Source: an uncultured bacterium (GTDB taxonomy: Bacteria > Muiribacteriota > UBA9980). Taken from it: 63,180 bases of DNA. Position numbers and translations under genes: made by a program. The DNA is taken from contig CAZJFS010000006.1 of the NCBI GenBank assembly GCA_964545075.1, positions 1 through 63,180 of the forward strand, given 5' to 3'. The notes under the pieces are model-generated. The model ran no database searches and had not been told where the DNA came from. It saw only the letters and a program-made list of their open reading frames with translations. Positions 46,679 to 56,074 of this stretch are shown here, in pieces. Position 1 is the first letter of the stretch; the number at the start of each line of letters is the position of its first letter.

Positions 46679-48382
46679 TTATTCAGGTGAATGCGGTATC
46701 ATTCCGGCAGCGGTTCTTTTACCGGAAATATTTGAGATGTCAGATTCCTGTTTCCGGTCTTTAATTAACTTCAAGGGCCTGCCGCCAGACCTGCCCGTGA
46801 TCTTTCCGGATTCGATCGAGATAACGCCGTTTATCAGCAGATACATCACGCCCGTAGAATATAATTCGCGTTCCCTGTACGTGGCGCGGTCGGTGAAATT
46901 TTTAAGATCTATGACGGCGATATCGGCGAAGTTGCCGGGCGCTATCATTCCGCGGCCCTTCAATCCGAATTTTTTCGCGGGAAGCGACGTCATTGAACGG
47001 ATGGCGTCGTTCACACTCATGAGTTTTTCCTCAATCGCGTATTTTCTTATTTTGTGCGGAAAACACCCGTAAAATCTCGGGTGGGGCGACATTCCCGGCC
47101 TGAATACCGTGTAGCCGTCGGAAACCGTGAAAACGTAATCATGCGGCATGTTGCCACGGTTGACCTCTTCGCTGATCTCGAAGAAAAGCGCGAACGGAAC
47201 GCTGTCCATGCAGCACAGAGACACGTAAGCCTCGGCGGGAGTGGAGTTTTCCATTTTCGCGATATCCGCGATGGTCTTATTCGTGTATTTCGGTTCAGCC
47301 GGGGAGAAAGTGATCATGATCTTTTCCGGGCCAAGGAAGGAAAAGATCCTTTCGGCCTCTTTTTTTAAAATAAGCCGGCCTTCGGGAGTTTTGTATTTAT
47401 CGACTACCCCTGTCGCGCTTTTAAACTCATCGGCAAGGCGATAGGAAAGAACCGCGTATCCGGCCTCGTAAGGGTGCTGATCGGCTGTTATATCGATCCC
47501 TTCGCGCCTGGCTTTTTCTATCAGGCCGTACATCTGTTTCGCCTCGACGCTATTCCACGGAAGGTTCAGCTGGATATGAGAGATATGGACCGGGGCCTTC
47601 GCGCGGCGACCTATCTCGACAGTTTCCCTTATCGCCGTCAGAACGCCCGGCACGCCTTTTTTATCGAGCGTTCCAGTGTTGTCTCGGATGTGGGCGACAT
47701 AGACGCCGCCATATTTATTGACGACCTTTGCGATCTCGACGAGCTCATCGGTGGTCGTAAAGCAGTCCGGCGCGTACTCGAGGCCCACGGAAACACCGAT
47801 GGCGCCATTTTTCATCTGTTGCTCCACGTTCTTTTTAAGGCTTTCGAGCTGGTCCGGCGTGAGCTCGCGGGGCTGGTCTTTTCCAAAAAGTTTTGTCCTG
47901 ATCTCGCCGTAAGGTATCAGGTGATAGACGTTGGTCCCGTACTTTATGAGGCCCGCGAGGCCGAGCCATTTATCGGTGTCGGCGTACCCCTGGCCGCAAA
48001 GCCCGGTGACTATGGTCGTTACGCCCTGTGTGATATAGTTGTAATTGCCCTTCCAGGCCGGAACTAGCAGGGACATATAACGCTTGTCTCCCGCTTTATT
48101 AAAAAGCATGTCGGAATGATTATGCACGTCGATGAAACCTGGCGCGACGATAAATCCCCTGGCGTCTATGACCTTTTTCGCTTCCGCGCCCGAAAGATCA
48201 CCTATGGCGGATATTTTATCGTCGGCGATGCCTATATCGACAACGCGGGGGCCGTTGGAGGAGCCGTCATATACGGTCCCTTGCGAGATCAGTATATCGA
48301 ACCCGGCGGCGAGGGACTGTAACGGACAGGCAAAAATAAAGAACATGACAATTGAAGTAGCTACAAAAACAATTCTTTTCAT
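46679..48382 (-). CDS. N-acyl-D-amino-acid deacylase family amidohydrolase with signal peptide
   Basis: GTVYDGS, APGFIDVHNHSD, QGVTTIVTGLCG, GLEYAP, HIRD, HISH, SDG, PHPRFYG. Confidence 0.88.
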   Translation of the reverse strand: MKRIVFVATSIVMFFIFACPLQSLAAGFDILISQGTVYDGSSNGPRVVDIGIADDKISAIGDLSGAEAKKVIDARGFIVAPGFIDVHNHSDMLFNKAGDKRYMSLLVPAWKGNYNYITQGVTTIVTGLCGQGYADTDKWLGLAGLIKYGTNVYHLIPYGEIRTKLFGKDQPRELTPDQLESLKKNVEQQMKNGAIGVSVGLEYAPDCFTTTDELVEIAKVVNKYGGVYVAHIRDNTGTLDKKGVPGVLTAIRETVEIGRRAKAPVHISHIQLNLPWNSVEAKQMYGLIEKARREGIDITADQHPYEAGYAVLSYRLADEFKSATGVVDKYKTPEGRLILKKEAERIFSFLGPEKIMITFSPAEPKYTNKTIADIAKMENSTPAEAYVSLCCMDSVPFALFFEISEEVNRGNMPHDYVFTVSDGYTVFRPGMSPHPRFYGCFPHKIRKYAIEEKLMSVNDAIRSMTSLPAKKFGLKGRGMIAPGNFADIAVIDLKNFTDRATYRERELYSTGVMYLLINGVISIESGKITGRSGGRPLKLIKDRKQESDISNISGKRTAAGMIPHSPE

Positions 48383-48637
48383 TGCTTTTTTTCTCCCGTA
48401 AGTTTAATTTTTCATATCGATGAATGCCATCATTTAAGCAATATCAGTTTCCGGGAATATTATCAATATGAATTAAAGCATATAACTTTTGCGCCTTTTT
48501 AATTCTGTGATCCTGTAAAGTTACTATATTCACATCAGACGTCGATCCGATCTTTTTCATTCGCGCGACGGTTTTATCGCCGCCTTAATGAAATGATTGA
48601 ATAAAGCGGTAATTATACGCGTTATTGTCCTCACGCT

Positions 48638-48653
48638 ATTGACGATCGTCAAT
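48638..48653. promoter_or_regulatory. Perfect 16-bp palindrome (TTGAC-N4-GTCAA), putative operator
   Basis: ATTGACGATCGTCAAT in the malQ / amidohydrolase intergenic region. Confidence 0.45.
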
Positions 48654-48659
48654 TCTCTT

Positions 48660-50249
48660 TTATCTTCCAAAAAGCCGGCAGTACTTTTTAATCTGAAGCG
48701 CGTCCATCATTTTAAGGTCCGCGCCCCTAAGCCTGTAACTCCAGTTTTTCTCGCCGAAAGTGCCGGGAGTGTTCATGCGCCCGGCATTATCGATCCCGAT
48801 GATATCCTGAAACGGAACGATGGCGATGTCGCATACCGACGACATTGCGAGCTTCACCATGTCGCGGGCGACGTTCTTTCCGTCGGAACCGGTATAATCG
48901 CGGACAAATTTCTGCACCTTCGGGTCCAGGTTTTCATACCAGCCGGCGGTCGTTTCGTTATCGTGAGTTCCGGTATAAACCAGGGCGTGGGACGAATTGA
49001 AAGTGTGCGGCAGATATTTCGCGGCATCGCCGTCGTTTCCGGAGAAACCGAACTGAAGTATCTTCATGCCGTAAAATCCGAATTCATCGCGCAGTCTTTC
49101 GACTTCGGGAGTGATCACGCCAAGATCCTCCGCTATGATCGGAAGAGTTCCGAGGGATTTTCTTATCGCGCGAAAAAGTTCGAGCCCCGGCGCTTTAACC
49201 CATTTACCGTTGACGGCGGTCTTTTCGGAAGCCGGAATTTCCCAGTATGCCTCGAAACCCCTGAAATGGTCGATCCTTATAATGTCAAAAAGAACGAGCG
49301 TGTTTTTAAAACGGGCGATCCACCACGCAAACCCGCTTCTTTTAAGGGCCTTCCAGTCGTAAACCGGATTACCCCAGTACTGGCCGGTCTTGCTGAAAAA
49401 ATCGGGCGGAACTCCAGCGACGGCGACGGGCTTGCCTTTCGCGTCCAGGCAAAATATTTCAGGATGCACCCATGCGTCGGCTCCGTCGTACGCAACGAAT
49501 ATGGGTATGTCGCCAACGAGCTTTACGCCATTCGCGTTAGCGTATTTTTTAAGCGCCAGCCATTGTTTAAAGAATTCGAATTGCAAAAATTTGAAGAAAC
49601 CGATCTGATCGCGAAGTTCGGAACGAGCTATAGAAATCGCCTTTTTCTCGCGCCTGACCAGAGATCGGTCCCAATCGGACCAGACGGCCCCGTTGTTCCT
49701 TTCTTTAAGCGCCATGAAAAGAGCGAAATCATCCAGCCAGAGCGCGTCGTTTTCCGCGAGGAAACTTTCATACTCACGGACGGCGGGACCGGATTTCAGC
49801 TTTCGAAAATTTTCATACGCTTTATTGAAAAGACTTCTTTTGTAGTTTATGACAAGGCCGAAATTAACCTTAGTCTCGGAAAACGCCGGAATATATTCGA
49901 TATCGGCCGGAACCAGAAGACCTTCAGCGACTAGCATATCAGGGCTTATCAAAAGAGGGTTCCCGGCGAACGCGGAAAAGCAGGCGTACGGCGAGTCGCC
50001 GAAACCCGTCGGCCCCATAGGAAGCGTCTGCCATAGCGTGGCGCCGCTCAGTTTAAGATAATCGACGAATTTATAAGCGGCTTCGCCAAGATCGCCTATT
50101 CCGTACCTGCCCGGAAGCGATGTAGGATGTAATAAAACGCCGAAAGAGCGTTTGAACTTTATCTGATCCGCCGCCGAAACCCGAATGGAAAACGCCATTA
50201 TCGCCGTTATCACTATAAGAATTAACATCCCGAAAGACTTGAAATTCAT
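48660..50249 (-). CDS. malQ: 4-alpha-glucanotransferase (GH77) with N-terminal signal peptide
   Basis: RSFGVLLHPTSLPG, WQTLPMGP, GDIPIFV, GVPPDFFS.TGQYWGNP, RIDHFRG, AEDLG, YTGTHDN, RMNTPG. Confidence 0.95.
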   Translation of the reverse strand: MNFKSFGMLILIVITAIMAFSIRVSAADQIKFKRSFGVLLHPTSLPGRYGIGDLGEAAYKFVDYLKLSGATLWQTLPMGPTGFGDSPYACFSAFAGNPLLISPDMLVAEGLLVPADIEYIPAFSETKVNFGLVINYKRSLFNKAYENFRKLKSGPAVREYESFLAENDALWLDDFALFMALKERNNGAVWSDWDRSLVRREKKAISIARSELRDQIGFFKFLQFEFFKQWLALKKYANANGVKLVGDIPIFVAYDGADAWVHPEIFCLDAKGKPVAVAGVPPDFFSKTGQYWGNPVYDWKALKRSGFAWWIARFKNTLVLFDIIRIDHFRGFEAYWEIPASEKTAVNGKWVKAPGLELFRAIRKSLGTLPIIAEDLGVITPEVERLRDEFGFYGMKILQFGFSGNDGDAAKYLPHTFNSSHALVYTGTHDNETTAGWYENLDPKVQKFVRDYTGSDGKNVARDMVKLAMSSVCDIAIVPFQDIIGIDNAGRMNTPGTFGEKNWSYRLRGADLKMMDALQIKKYCRLFGR

Positions 50250-50362
50250 TAAACGTCATCCCCTTTATCAAGTTGTTTTTTCACGCTTGTAATTTCATGA
50301 TTTTATCAGAATATTTGTTTTTTGTCATTTATAATTTTTACGCTATCGCCCGACCATTAAGT

Positions 50363-50402
50363 AAAAGGAACCGGCCACTTAAAGCGGCAACCGGTTCCTT
50401 TT
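50363..50402. terminator. Intrinsic terminator
   Basis: AAAAGGAACCGG...CCGGTTCCTTTT. Confidence 0.8.
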
Positions 50403-50454
50403 ATAATTTTATTTATTCTTTTGCAGACTATACGAGACCGTATTATTAACCCTG

Positions 50455-51651
50455 TTATCTTACCGATGCGAAAGGATCGTAAACAGCGGTTACGCGGCGA
50501 TTATAACCGTATTTTGCGTCGCCGTATTTTTTGGCCGACCCGCCATTCATGCAATTATACATCTGATCCGCCGTCTGAAGGGTAGCGCCTTTAAGGCAGT
50601 CTGCAAAGCGCGGAACGCCCTGCTCGTCCTTCCCGACATAAACGAACCAGTGGTGCGCGTCATTCTCCGGGCTGTAAGCGGGATCATAGTCATAGTGAAC
50701 CTTCACGTGGATAAGCATTCCCGGCAGCAGCTGGCCGGCTTCGACCGCCTTCGGAAGTTCGTTTATATAATATCCGCGAAGCGTCGTATCGGCGGGCCAT
50801 ATAGCCTGTGGCTGAGTGTATTCCTTGCCGCCGTCGGGGGCCCCGGCTTCATGCGCTACCGTTCCGGCATATTGAAGGCATTTATTGGGCGTCGTATACC
50901 ACTGCGTGCGCATCGCGGCCTCGATGCCTTCTCTCAGTTCGGCCGGAATCCCGGGGCCGTTTATGCCGCCTTTTGCGACCGTTTGAGATGCAGAGGCGGA
51001 AGCGGAAGGAGCGGCGGCGGTTCCAGACGCGGAGGCCTGGCCTGATTGCGCGGCCGGCGTATTCTTGCCGTTAACGCTGACGAGGGTGCTGTGAACGTAA
51101 GCCTTGCCTTCGCCGTAGCGGATAATATACCAGTCGCCGTCCACGCCGATTATCTCAACTTGAGTTCCAAGCTTGTATCCGTCGATGATCTCACCCCACG
51201 CCGAGCGGCGGACATTAAGGGAATATATGGCTGTCGTCGTTCCGACCGCCGGAAGATCGATCTTTGGCGTTACGATCTTTGGAGTTCCCGATTCGATCGT
51301 TACGAGTGAGGAGTGGACGTATGCCGTTCCCGTGTTGTATCTGATCTGATACCAGTCTCCTTCGCGCGCGAGAATGTCGACTTTTACCCCGGGAAGAAAG
51401 CCGTCGATTACTTTACCGTCAGGAGTATTTCTGACATTGAGTTTATAAAGAGCGGTAACGACGCCGATTACCGGGCCGGTTTCCTGCGCCTTGACATTAG
51501 TGGCTATAGCGGTGGAATTTGAACCCGAACCGGAATCGAGACTATCCGAAAGCGCTTCTATACCGGCAGCAGAAACTGAAAGCGGCGCGGAAAAGGATAT
51601 TGAAGCGGATAGCATAATAGATAACACAAATTTTTTATGATCATAGATCAT
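50455..51651 (-). CDS. Secreted 2x SH3b protein with putative NlpC/P60-like C-terminal domain
   Basis: LNVRNTP..VDILAREGDWYQIRY..AYVHSSLV twice; C-terminal KCLQYA and HHWFVYVG. Confidence 0.75.
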   Translation of the reverse strand: MIYDHKKFVLSIMLSASISFSAPLSVSAAGIEALSDSLDSGSGSNSTAIATNVKAQETGPVIGVVTALYKLNVRNTPDGKVIDGFLPGVKVDILAREGDWYQIRYNTGTAYVHSSLVTIESGTPKIVTPKIDLPAVGTTTAIYSLNVRRSAWGEIIDGYKLGTQVEIIGVDGDWYIIRYGEGKAYVHSTLVSVNGKNTPAAQSGQASASGTAAAPSASASASQTVAKGGINGPGIPAELREGIEAAMRTQWYTTPNKCLQYAGTVAHEAGAPDGGKEYTQPQAIWPADTTLRGYYINELPKAVEAGQLLPGMLIHVKVHYDYDPAYSPENDAHHWFVYVGKDEQGVPRFADCLKGATLQTADQMYNCMNGGSAKKYGDAKYGYNRRVTAVYDPFASVR

Positions 51652-51979
51652 GGCTGGTCCTCCCCTATATTTATTATTTCATAATCGCATGGAAATTTAT
51701 TCGCCGTCCGGGCGATCTCTTTACTTATTACTATAAAAATCTAAAATATGTTTCATATTATATTTTTTTCATTAGAAATAATTTAATCATTAGAAAACGG
51801 AGGCGCTTTCGTAATTCTTACGCCGGCGGCGCGTCAGGGCCGTTTGCGCGACCGGTCAAGCCGGAATCTCAACCGCCAAAATAATTTCTGTCAAACCATT
51901 TCTTGATTTTAAATTTATATTTGTGTATAATTTTAAAATATTATAACACATCCCGCAAGAGCATTATAAGGAGATAAAC

Positions 51980-52501
51980 ATGAATTTCAAACATAAAATA
52001 TTATTGATACTCATTCTTATGCTTATCGTCGGCTGCGGCGAGCAAAAACCCAAACCCTGGAAAGAATTCGTCTCGACGGAACACAAATTTAAAGCCTTTT
52101 TCCCGGACGAACCCTCCGTCGGCCCGAAACAGTCCAATAAAATGCCCGGCGGCACTATAGACAGCTATACCATATGCCGCGTGGAAGGCAAATTCAAGTA
52201 CGAAATCGTTTATTCGGAACTGCCGTCGATCTATAATAATTTCCCGATCGATAAACTTTTAAATTCGCTCATAGACAACACTCTTAAAATGTTGAACGCG
52301 ACCGGAATCAAAAAAAAGGATATCGCCGTAAGCGGTTATAAAGGCAAGGAAGTCGAATTCGATCTTTCCGACAACATGGCCGGACGCGGAAGGATCGTAG
52401 CCAACGGCAACAGAGTGTATATAGCGATCACGAAAATGCCTAAGGACAATATTTCAGCCGCCGAAATCGGTAAATTTCTTGATTCTTTTGAAATAAACTA
52501 A
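51980..52501 (+). CDS. Hypothetical lipoprotein (PsbP/DcrB-like fold possible)
   Basis: Lipobox LIVGC; WKEFVSTEHKFKAFFP..VSGYKGKE..RVYIA. Confidence 0.65.
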   Translation: MNFKHKILLILILMLIVGCGEQKPKPWKEFVSTEHKFKAFFPDEPSVGPKQSNKMPGGTIDSYTICRVEGKFKYEIVYSELPSIYNNFPIDKLLNSLIDNTLKMLNATGIKKKDIAVSGYKGKEVEFDLSDNMAGRGRIVANGNRVYIAITKMPKDNISAAEIGKFLDSFEIN

Positions 52502-52531
52502 CTAATTAATGCTATAAAAAGGAGTACCCAA

Positions 52532-53047
52532 ATGTCATTTTCAAATTTGATCCAAAAATTACAGGAACTGGGCCTCGATTACGGCGTCACGTTTCTCACT
52601 TCTTTCATTATTTTCATTTTCGGCTTCTGGCTTGCGCGCTTCATCTCGCGGATGACGGAAAAAGCCATGTTAAAGGCTAACGTTGACGTCACTCTGGCCA
52701 CATTTACAAAAAACATAGTTTACGCTATCATCATGATCTTCATGACGCTCGCCGTCCTGGCAAGGCTGGGCATTCAAACGGCGTCTTTCGTGGCCGTTCT
52801 CGGCGCCGCCGGATTAGCCATAAGCCTCGCGCTTCAGGGCACGCTGGCCAACGTCGCGTCCGGGGTTTTATTGATATTATTCCGCCCATTCAAAATCGGC
52901 GATTCGATAAAGGTGGTAGGATTTGAGGGAACGGTCAAGGAAATTCAGATCTTCGCGACCATACTTCACTCCACGGACAACAAAAAAATCATAATCCCGA
53001 ACGCCAAGATCACGGGCGATATAATAGTCAATGAAACGATTCAATAG
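52532..53047 (+). CDS. Mechanosensitive channel MscS family, lacking the C-terminal domain
   Basis: LGIQTASFVAVLGAAGLAISLALQGTLANVASG..FRPFKIGD..GTVKEIQIFAT..IIPNAKI, then stop. Confidence 0.85.
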   Translation: MSFSNLIQKLQELGLDYGVTFLTSFIIFIFGFWLARFISRMTEKAMLKANVDVTLATFTKNIVYAIIMIFMTLAVLARLGIQTASFVAVLGAAGLAISLALQGTLANVASGVLLILFRPFKIGDSIKVVGFEGTVKEIQIFATILHSTDNKKIIIPNAKITGDIIVNETIQ

Positions 53048-53100
53048 CGCTTCAGAACATAAACTTTAATAAAATCCAAACCGGCCGTCAAACTTAAAAT

Positions 53101-53129
53101 TTGACAAAACAGCTTAAATTTAGTATCAT
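53101..53129 (+). promoter_or_regulatory. sigma70 promoter
   Basis: TTGACA-17-TATCAT upstream of 53197. Confidence 0.7.
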
Positions 53130-53196
53130 TATATTATAAGCGCGTTATACGCCGCTTAATTATTTTTCGTTTTTGCCAAAATGAAAGGGGGCTGAA

Positions 53197-53970
53197 ATGT
53201 CTTCGATAACCAACTCATCTGCTACATATAACACTCAATATCTCAATGCCAGCCAGCGGATGGCCGCCGGAGTTTTAGGCATGGATACAAACAAGCTCAA
53301 TGAGAGCCTCAGCGCCGTCAGCCAGAAATACGCGTCCCTGAAAACGCAGTCGGCTTCTTCTTCCTCTTCCGGAAGCATCAGCACCGTCATAAGTTCGGAA
53401 GGCCAAAACTTAAATAAAGTTTACGAACAGGTAAAAAGCACCGGAAATAAAGAAGCGATCGAAGGATTCCGCAAAGCCGTCGTTAATTTCACGAAAAACG
53501 GCGATGCTTCAGGCCTTAAAACCTTTATCGATACTGGCGTTAAAATGAACAGCGATAAAAACGGCGCCGCTTTTTCCGATATGCTCGCCGTCTCCAACAA
53601 TATATCTAAACAGGCTTCGACAAAAGCCGCCGATACATTCATAAAAGAAGCCGCGGCCACTTATTCCCAGTCGGGCGTCGAATCCATGAAAGCATACTCC
53701 GAAGCCGCGAATTCGATCAGCGCGAAATTCGAAACGAAAAGCACCGCCGATATGAGCGCGAAATCCACGGCATTGAGTAACCTGAACGCTACATTCAGCG
53801 CGGTCCAGGGGCAAGATATTTCAGAATCCAAGATCCAGAGCCAGCTCGCGGATATTTCAGCTAACGTTAAAAAACAGACCGATCTGACCTCGGTAAACCA
53901 ATATTTGGGCACCCAATATAAAAACATCACCGGCGGGGTTTTATCCACTGCGGGCAAATCGGCCGTTTAA
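53197..53970 (+). CDS. Hypothetical Ser/Ala/Lys-rich helical protein
   Basis: RBS AAGGGGG, own promoter and terminator; no recognisable motif. Confidence 0.7.
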   Translation: MSSITNSSATYNTQYLNASQRMAAGVLGMDTNKLNESLSAVSQKYASLKTQSASSSSSGSISTVISSEGQNLNKVYEQVKSTGNKEAIEGFRKAVVNFTKNGDASGLKTFIDTGVKMNSDKNGAAFSDMLAVSNNISKQASTKAADTFIKEAAATYSQSGVESMKAYSEAANSISAKFETKSTADMSAKSTALSNLNATFSAVQGQDISESKIQSQLADISANVKKQTDLTSVNQYLGTQYKNITGGVLSTAGKSAV

Positions 53971-53995
53971 ACAGTCTTTTAATCATAACTATAAA

Positions 53996-54035
53996 AATAA
54001 GGACGTCTCTGGAAAAGCTTCAGACGTCCTTATTT
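53996..54035 (+). terminator. Intrinsic terminator
   Basis: AATAAGGACGTCT...AGACGTCCTTATT. Confidence 0.75.
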
Positions 54036-54057
54036 ATTGAACGGAACCCTTTTATTT

Positions 54058-54234
54058 ATGAACGAAAACAAAGCCATCAACTGCGTTAAATGCGTCAATT
54101 ACCACGTGACATGGGACGTAAAATTCCCTCACGGCTGCCGCCTCTGGAACGTCAAATCCGCTAAACTGCCCAAATTCATCGTATTTGAAGCGAACGGAAA
54201 ACAATGCGAATACTTCAAGGAAAAAGCCAGATGA
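54058..54234 (+). CDS. Small Cys-rich protein (CxxC..TW..P.GC..C)
   Basis: NCVKCVNYHVTWDVKFPHGC...QCEYF; stop overlaps the next ATG (ATGA). Confidence 0.65.
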   Translation: MNENKAINCVKCVNYHVTWDVKFPHGCRLWNVKSAKLPKFIVFEANGKQCEYFKEKAR

Positions 54235-54998
54235 ATATTCGCGGGGAAAAATTCAAGGCGGCGGCGTTCATGTTTTTCGCGGTTTCTCTTTTCTTTCTTT
54301 TTCCGCTTTTCAAAGACTCCTTCTCGGCTGAAAAAATAAAGGCTTTCGTTTCATCCAGCGGTATTCTCGCGCCCGCGGCGTATATGGCCGCGCTTGTATT
54401 TCTTCCGCTCATCGGAGTTCCGCGGCTTATCCTGGCCGCGACCGGAGGCGCGCTTTTCGGATCGTTTTCCGGCGTGGTTTACGCGGCCGCGGGTTCCACG
54501 CTTGCCGCCGTTTTAGCTTATCATCTCGCTTTTTATTCAGCGGCGGATTATGTCGGCGCTTCGGCCGCGCCGGGCGGCCGGCTCCTCGCCGCGCTCGATT
54601 TTTCGCGCGAAAATTCCTTTAAACTGATAGTGCTGGCCCGCGTCTGCCCGATCATCAACTGCGAAGCGGTAAATTATCTCTGCGGCGCGGCTAAAATAAG
54701 TTTCGCGCCTTTTATCGCCGCGACCCTCGTAGGCACGATACCCGGCTCGATCGTCTATGTATCGATGGGCGAAGCGATGATGCGCATGAGTTTGAAAGGC
54801 GGAATTTCAGAAGCGTTCAAAGAAATTTCAAGCCTCGACAAAACGGCCATTTCGCATAACGCTGACGCGATGGCGCTGGTCACGACGTCGGTCATACTTT
54901 TTTTCTTTCTTTTAATAAGTCTGGCGGGATTTTACATTGTATCGAAACAACGAAAAAATGAGACGAAAAAAGAAGATACATTGTCCGCGAATTTATGA
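54231..54998 (+). CDS. TVP38/TMEM64 (VTT/DedA) family membrane protein
   Basis: GVPRLILAATGGALFG, LARVCPII..VNYLCG, ATLVGTIPG. Confidence 0.88.
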   Translation: MNIRGEKFKAAAFMFFAVSLFFLFPLFKDSFSAEKIKAFVSSSGILAPAAYMAALVFLPLIGVPRLILAATGGALFGSFSGVVYAAAGSTLAAVLAYHLAFYSAADYVGASAAPGGRLLAALDFSRENSFKLIVLARVCPIINCEAVNYLCGAAKISFAPFIAATLVGTIPGSIVYVSMGEAMMRMSLKGGISEAFKEISSLDKTAISHNADAMALVTTSVILFFFLLISLAGFYIVSKQRKNETKKEDTLSANL

Positions 54999-55119
54999 TA
55001 TAATATATCAGGTCTTTTCTAATCTTGCATACAGGCCGGCATATTATTGCCATACAAAATATGAAATGACCATATAATTCATCCACGTCAATATGTCATT
55101 ATTTTAAGGAGGCGGCTCG

Positions 55120-55884
55120 ATGATCAAAAGATCAATTTTATTTTTATCGGTGTTCATCCTTGTTGTGTCTTTAAGTTTCGGCGTTTCATTCGCGCAGGAA
55201 AATACCGGAGAGGCCCAGATAATTCCCGGCGACGGGCAACAACCTGAAAACCAGCCCGGTGACGGACGGGACCAGGCGGACGGACGGAAGCGCTTCATGA
55301 AACCGGACGTTCATTACATTGGATACGCCGTTGAAAGCGAAACGAATTTTGAAATGGCTCATATTTTTTTATTTAACGATAAACAGGAAAAACGCGGCGG
55401 CAGCAATACTAAAAAAATCGATGGAACCGTCGAACTGGGAAAAGCCATGTATTTAATAGTAGACGCGAAAACCGAGACGGAACTTATGAAAATAGATCCC
55501 AGACCGGGAGACGACGAAAGCCGCGTTCCGAAAATATCAAAAATTAAATCCTGCGAAGGCAATATAACTAAAGCCGATAAAGACAACAAAGATAATAAAA
55601 ACGCGCAGATCGAACTCGGCCAGATACAGGGTCAGGACAAAAAAGCGCGGGAAACCCCAAAAATAATCGGCAGCTTCAAAATAAAATCGGCTGAAAAAGA
55701 AATCGGCAGAGACAAAAAAGTTTCAGTGTTTTTAGGCACGATCACGATCGATGGCAAAAAATATACCCTTTATCTCGATCCGAAAATAATGCCGCCGTCT
55801 CCTCCTCCGGGATTTAACGGCCAGCGGGATGGCGGCAGGCCGAACGGCAGCGTCGAACCGCCTCAACCCGGCGATAACAATTAA
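55120..55884 (+). CDS. Secreted hypothetical protein
   Basis: AAGGAGG RBS, signal peptide ending SFA-QE, terminator downstream. Confidence 0.75.
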   Translation: MIKRSILFLSVFILVVSLSFGVSFAQENTGEAQIIPGDGQQPENQPGDGRDQADGRKRFMKPDVHYIGYAVESETNFEMAHIFLFNDKQEKRGGSNTKKIDGTVELGKAMYLIVDAKTETELMKIDPRPGDDESRVPKISKIKSCEGNITKADKDNKDNKNAQIELGQIQGQDKKARETPKIIGSFKIKSAEKEIGRDKKVSVFLGTITIDGKKYTLYLDPKIMPPSPPPGFNGQRDGGRPNGSVEPPQPGDNN

Positions 55885-55915
55885 CGTTTAAGGACATATT
55901 ATAAATTCATAATAT

Positions 55916-55954
55916 AAAAAAGCTCCTTAACGTCTCAAGTTACGGAGCTTTTTT
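55916..55954 (+). terminator. Intrinsic terminator
   Basis: AAAAAAGCTCC...GGAGCTTTTTT. Confidence 0.8.
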
Positions 55955-56017
55955 ATTCGAATCTTAAAAAATGATGGCATAACGGCTCCGCGCCTGCGCT
56001 ATAATTAACGCTTTTTC

Positions 56018-56046
56018 TTGACAGCGGCTCTTTTTTCGTGTAAAAT
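56018..56046 (+). promoter_or_regulatory. sigma70 promoter
   Basis: TTGACA-17-TAAAAT with TG extension. Confidence 0.7.
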
Positions 56047-56074
56047 TTAAAAAAATCGTGATCAAGGAGAATTT

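Noticed and set aside
46249-46700. tRNA-anchored genomic island or prophage
   Set aside because: No integrase and no duplicated tRNA 3' end seen in the window; only debris is present.
48597-49934. 445-aa plus-strand ORF
   Set aside because: Antisense shadow of malQ with no motifs; the minus-strand gene carries the full GH77 signature.
51820-51880. GC-rich intergenic patch, possible riboswitch
   Set aside because: Weak pairing and no match to c-di-GMP or purine riboswitch cores.
54058-54234. Calling the small Cys-rich ORF a uracil-DNA glycosylase
   Set aside because: Similar small proteins sometimes carry that label, but 58 aa with no UDG motifs cannot support it.
55036-55050. Possible second sigma54 promoter (GGCATATTATTGC)
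   Set aside because: GG-GC spacing is 9 nt rather than the required 10.
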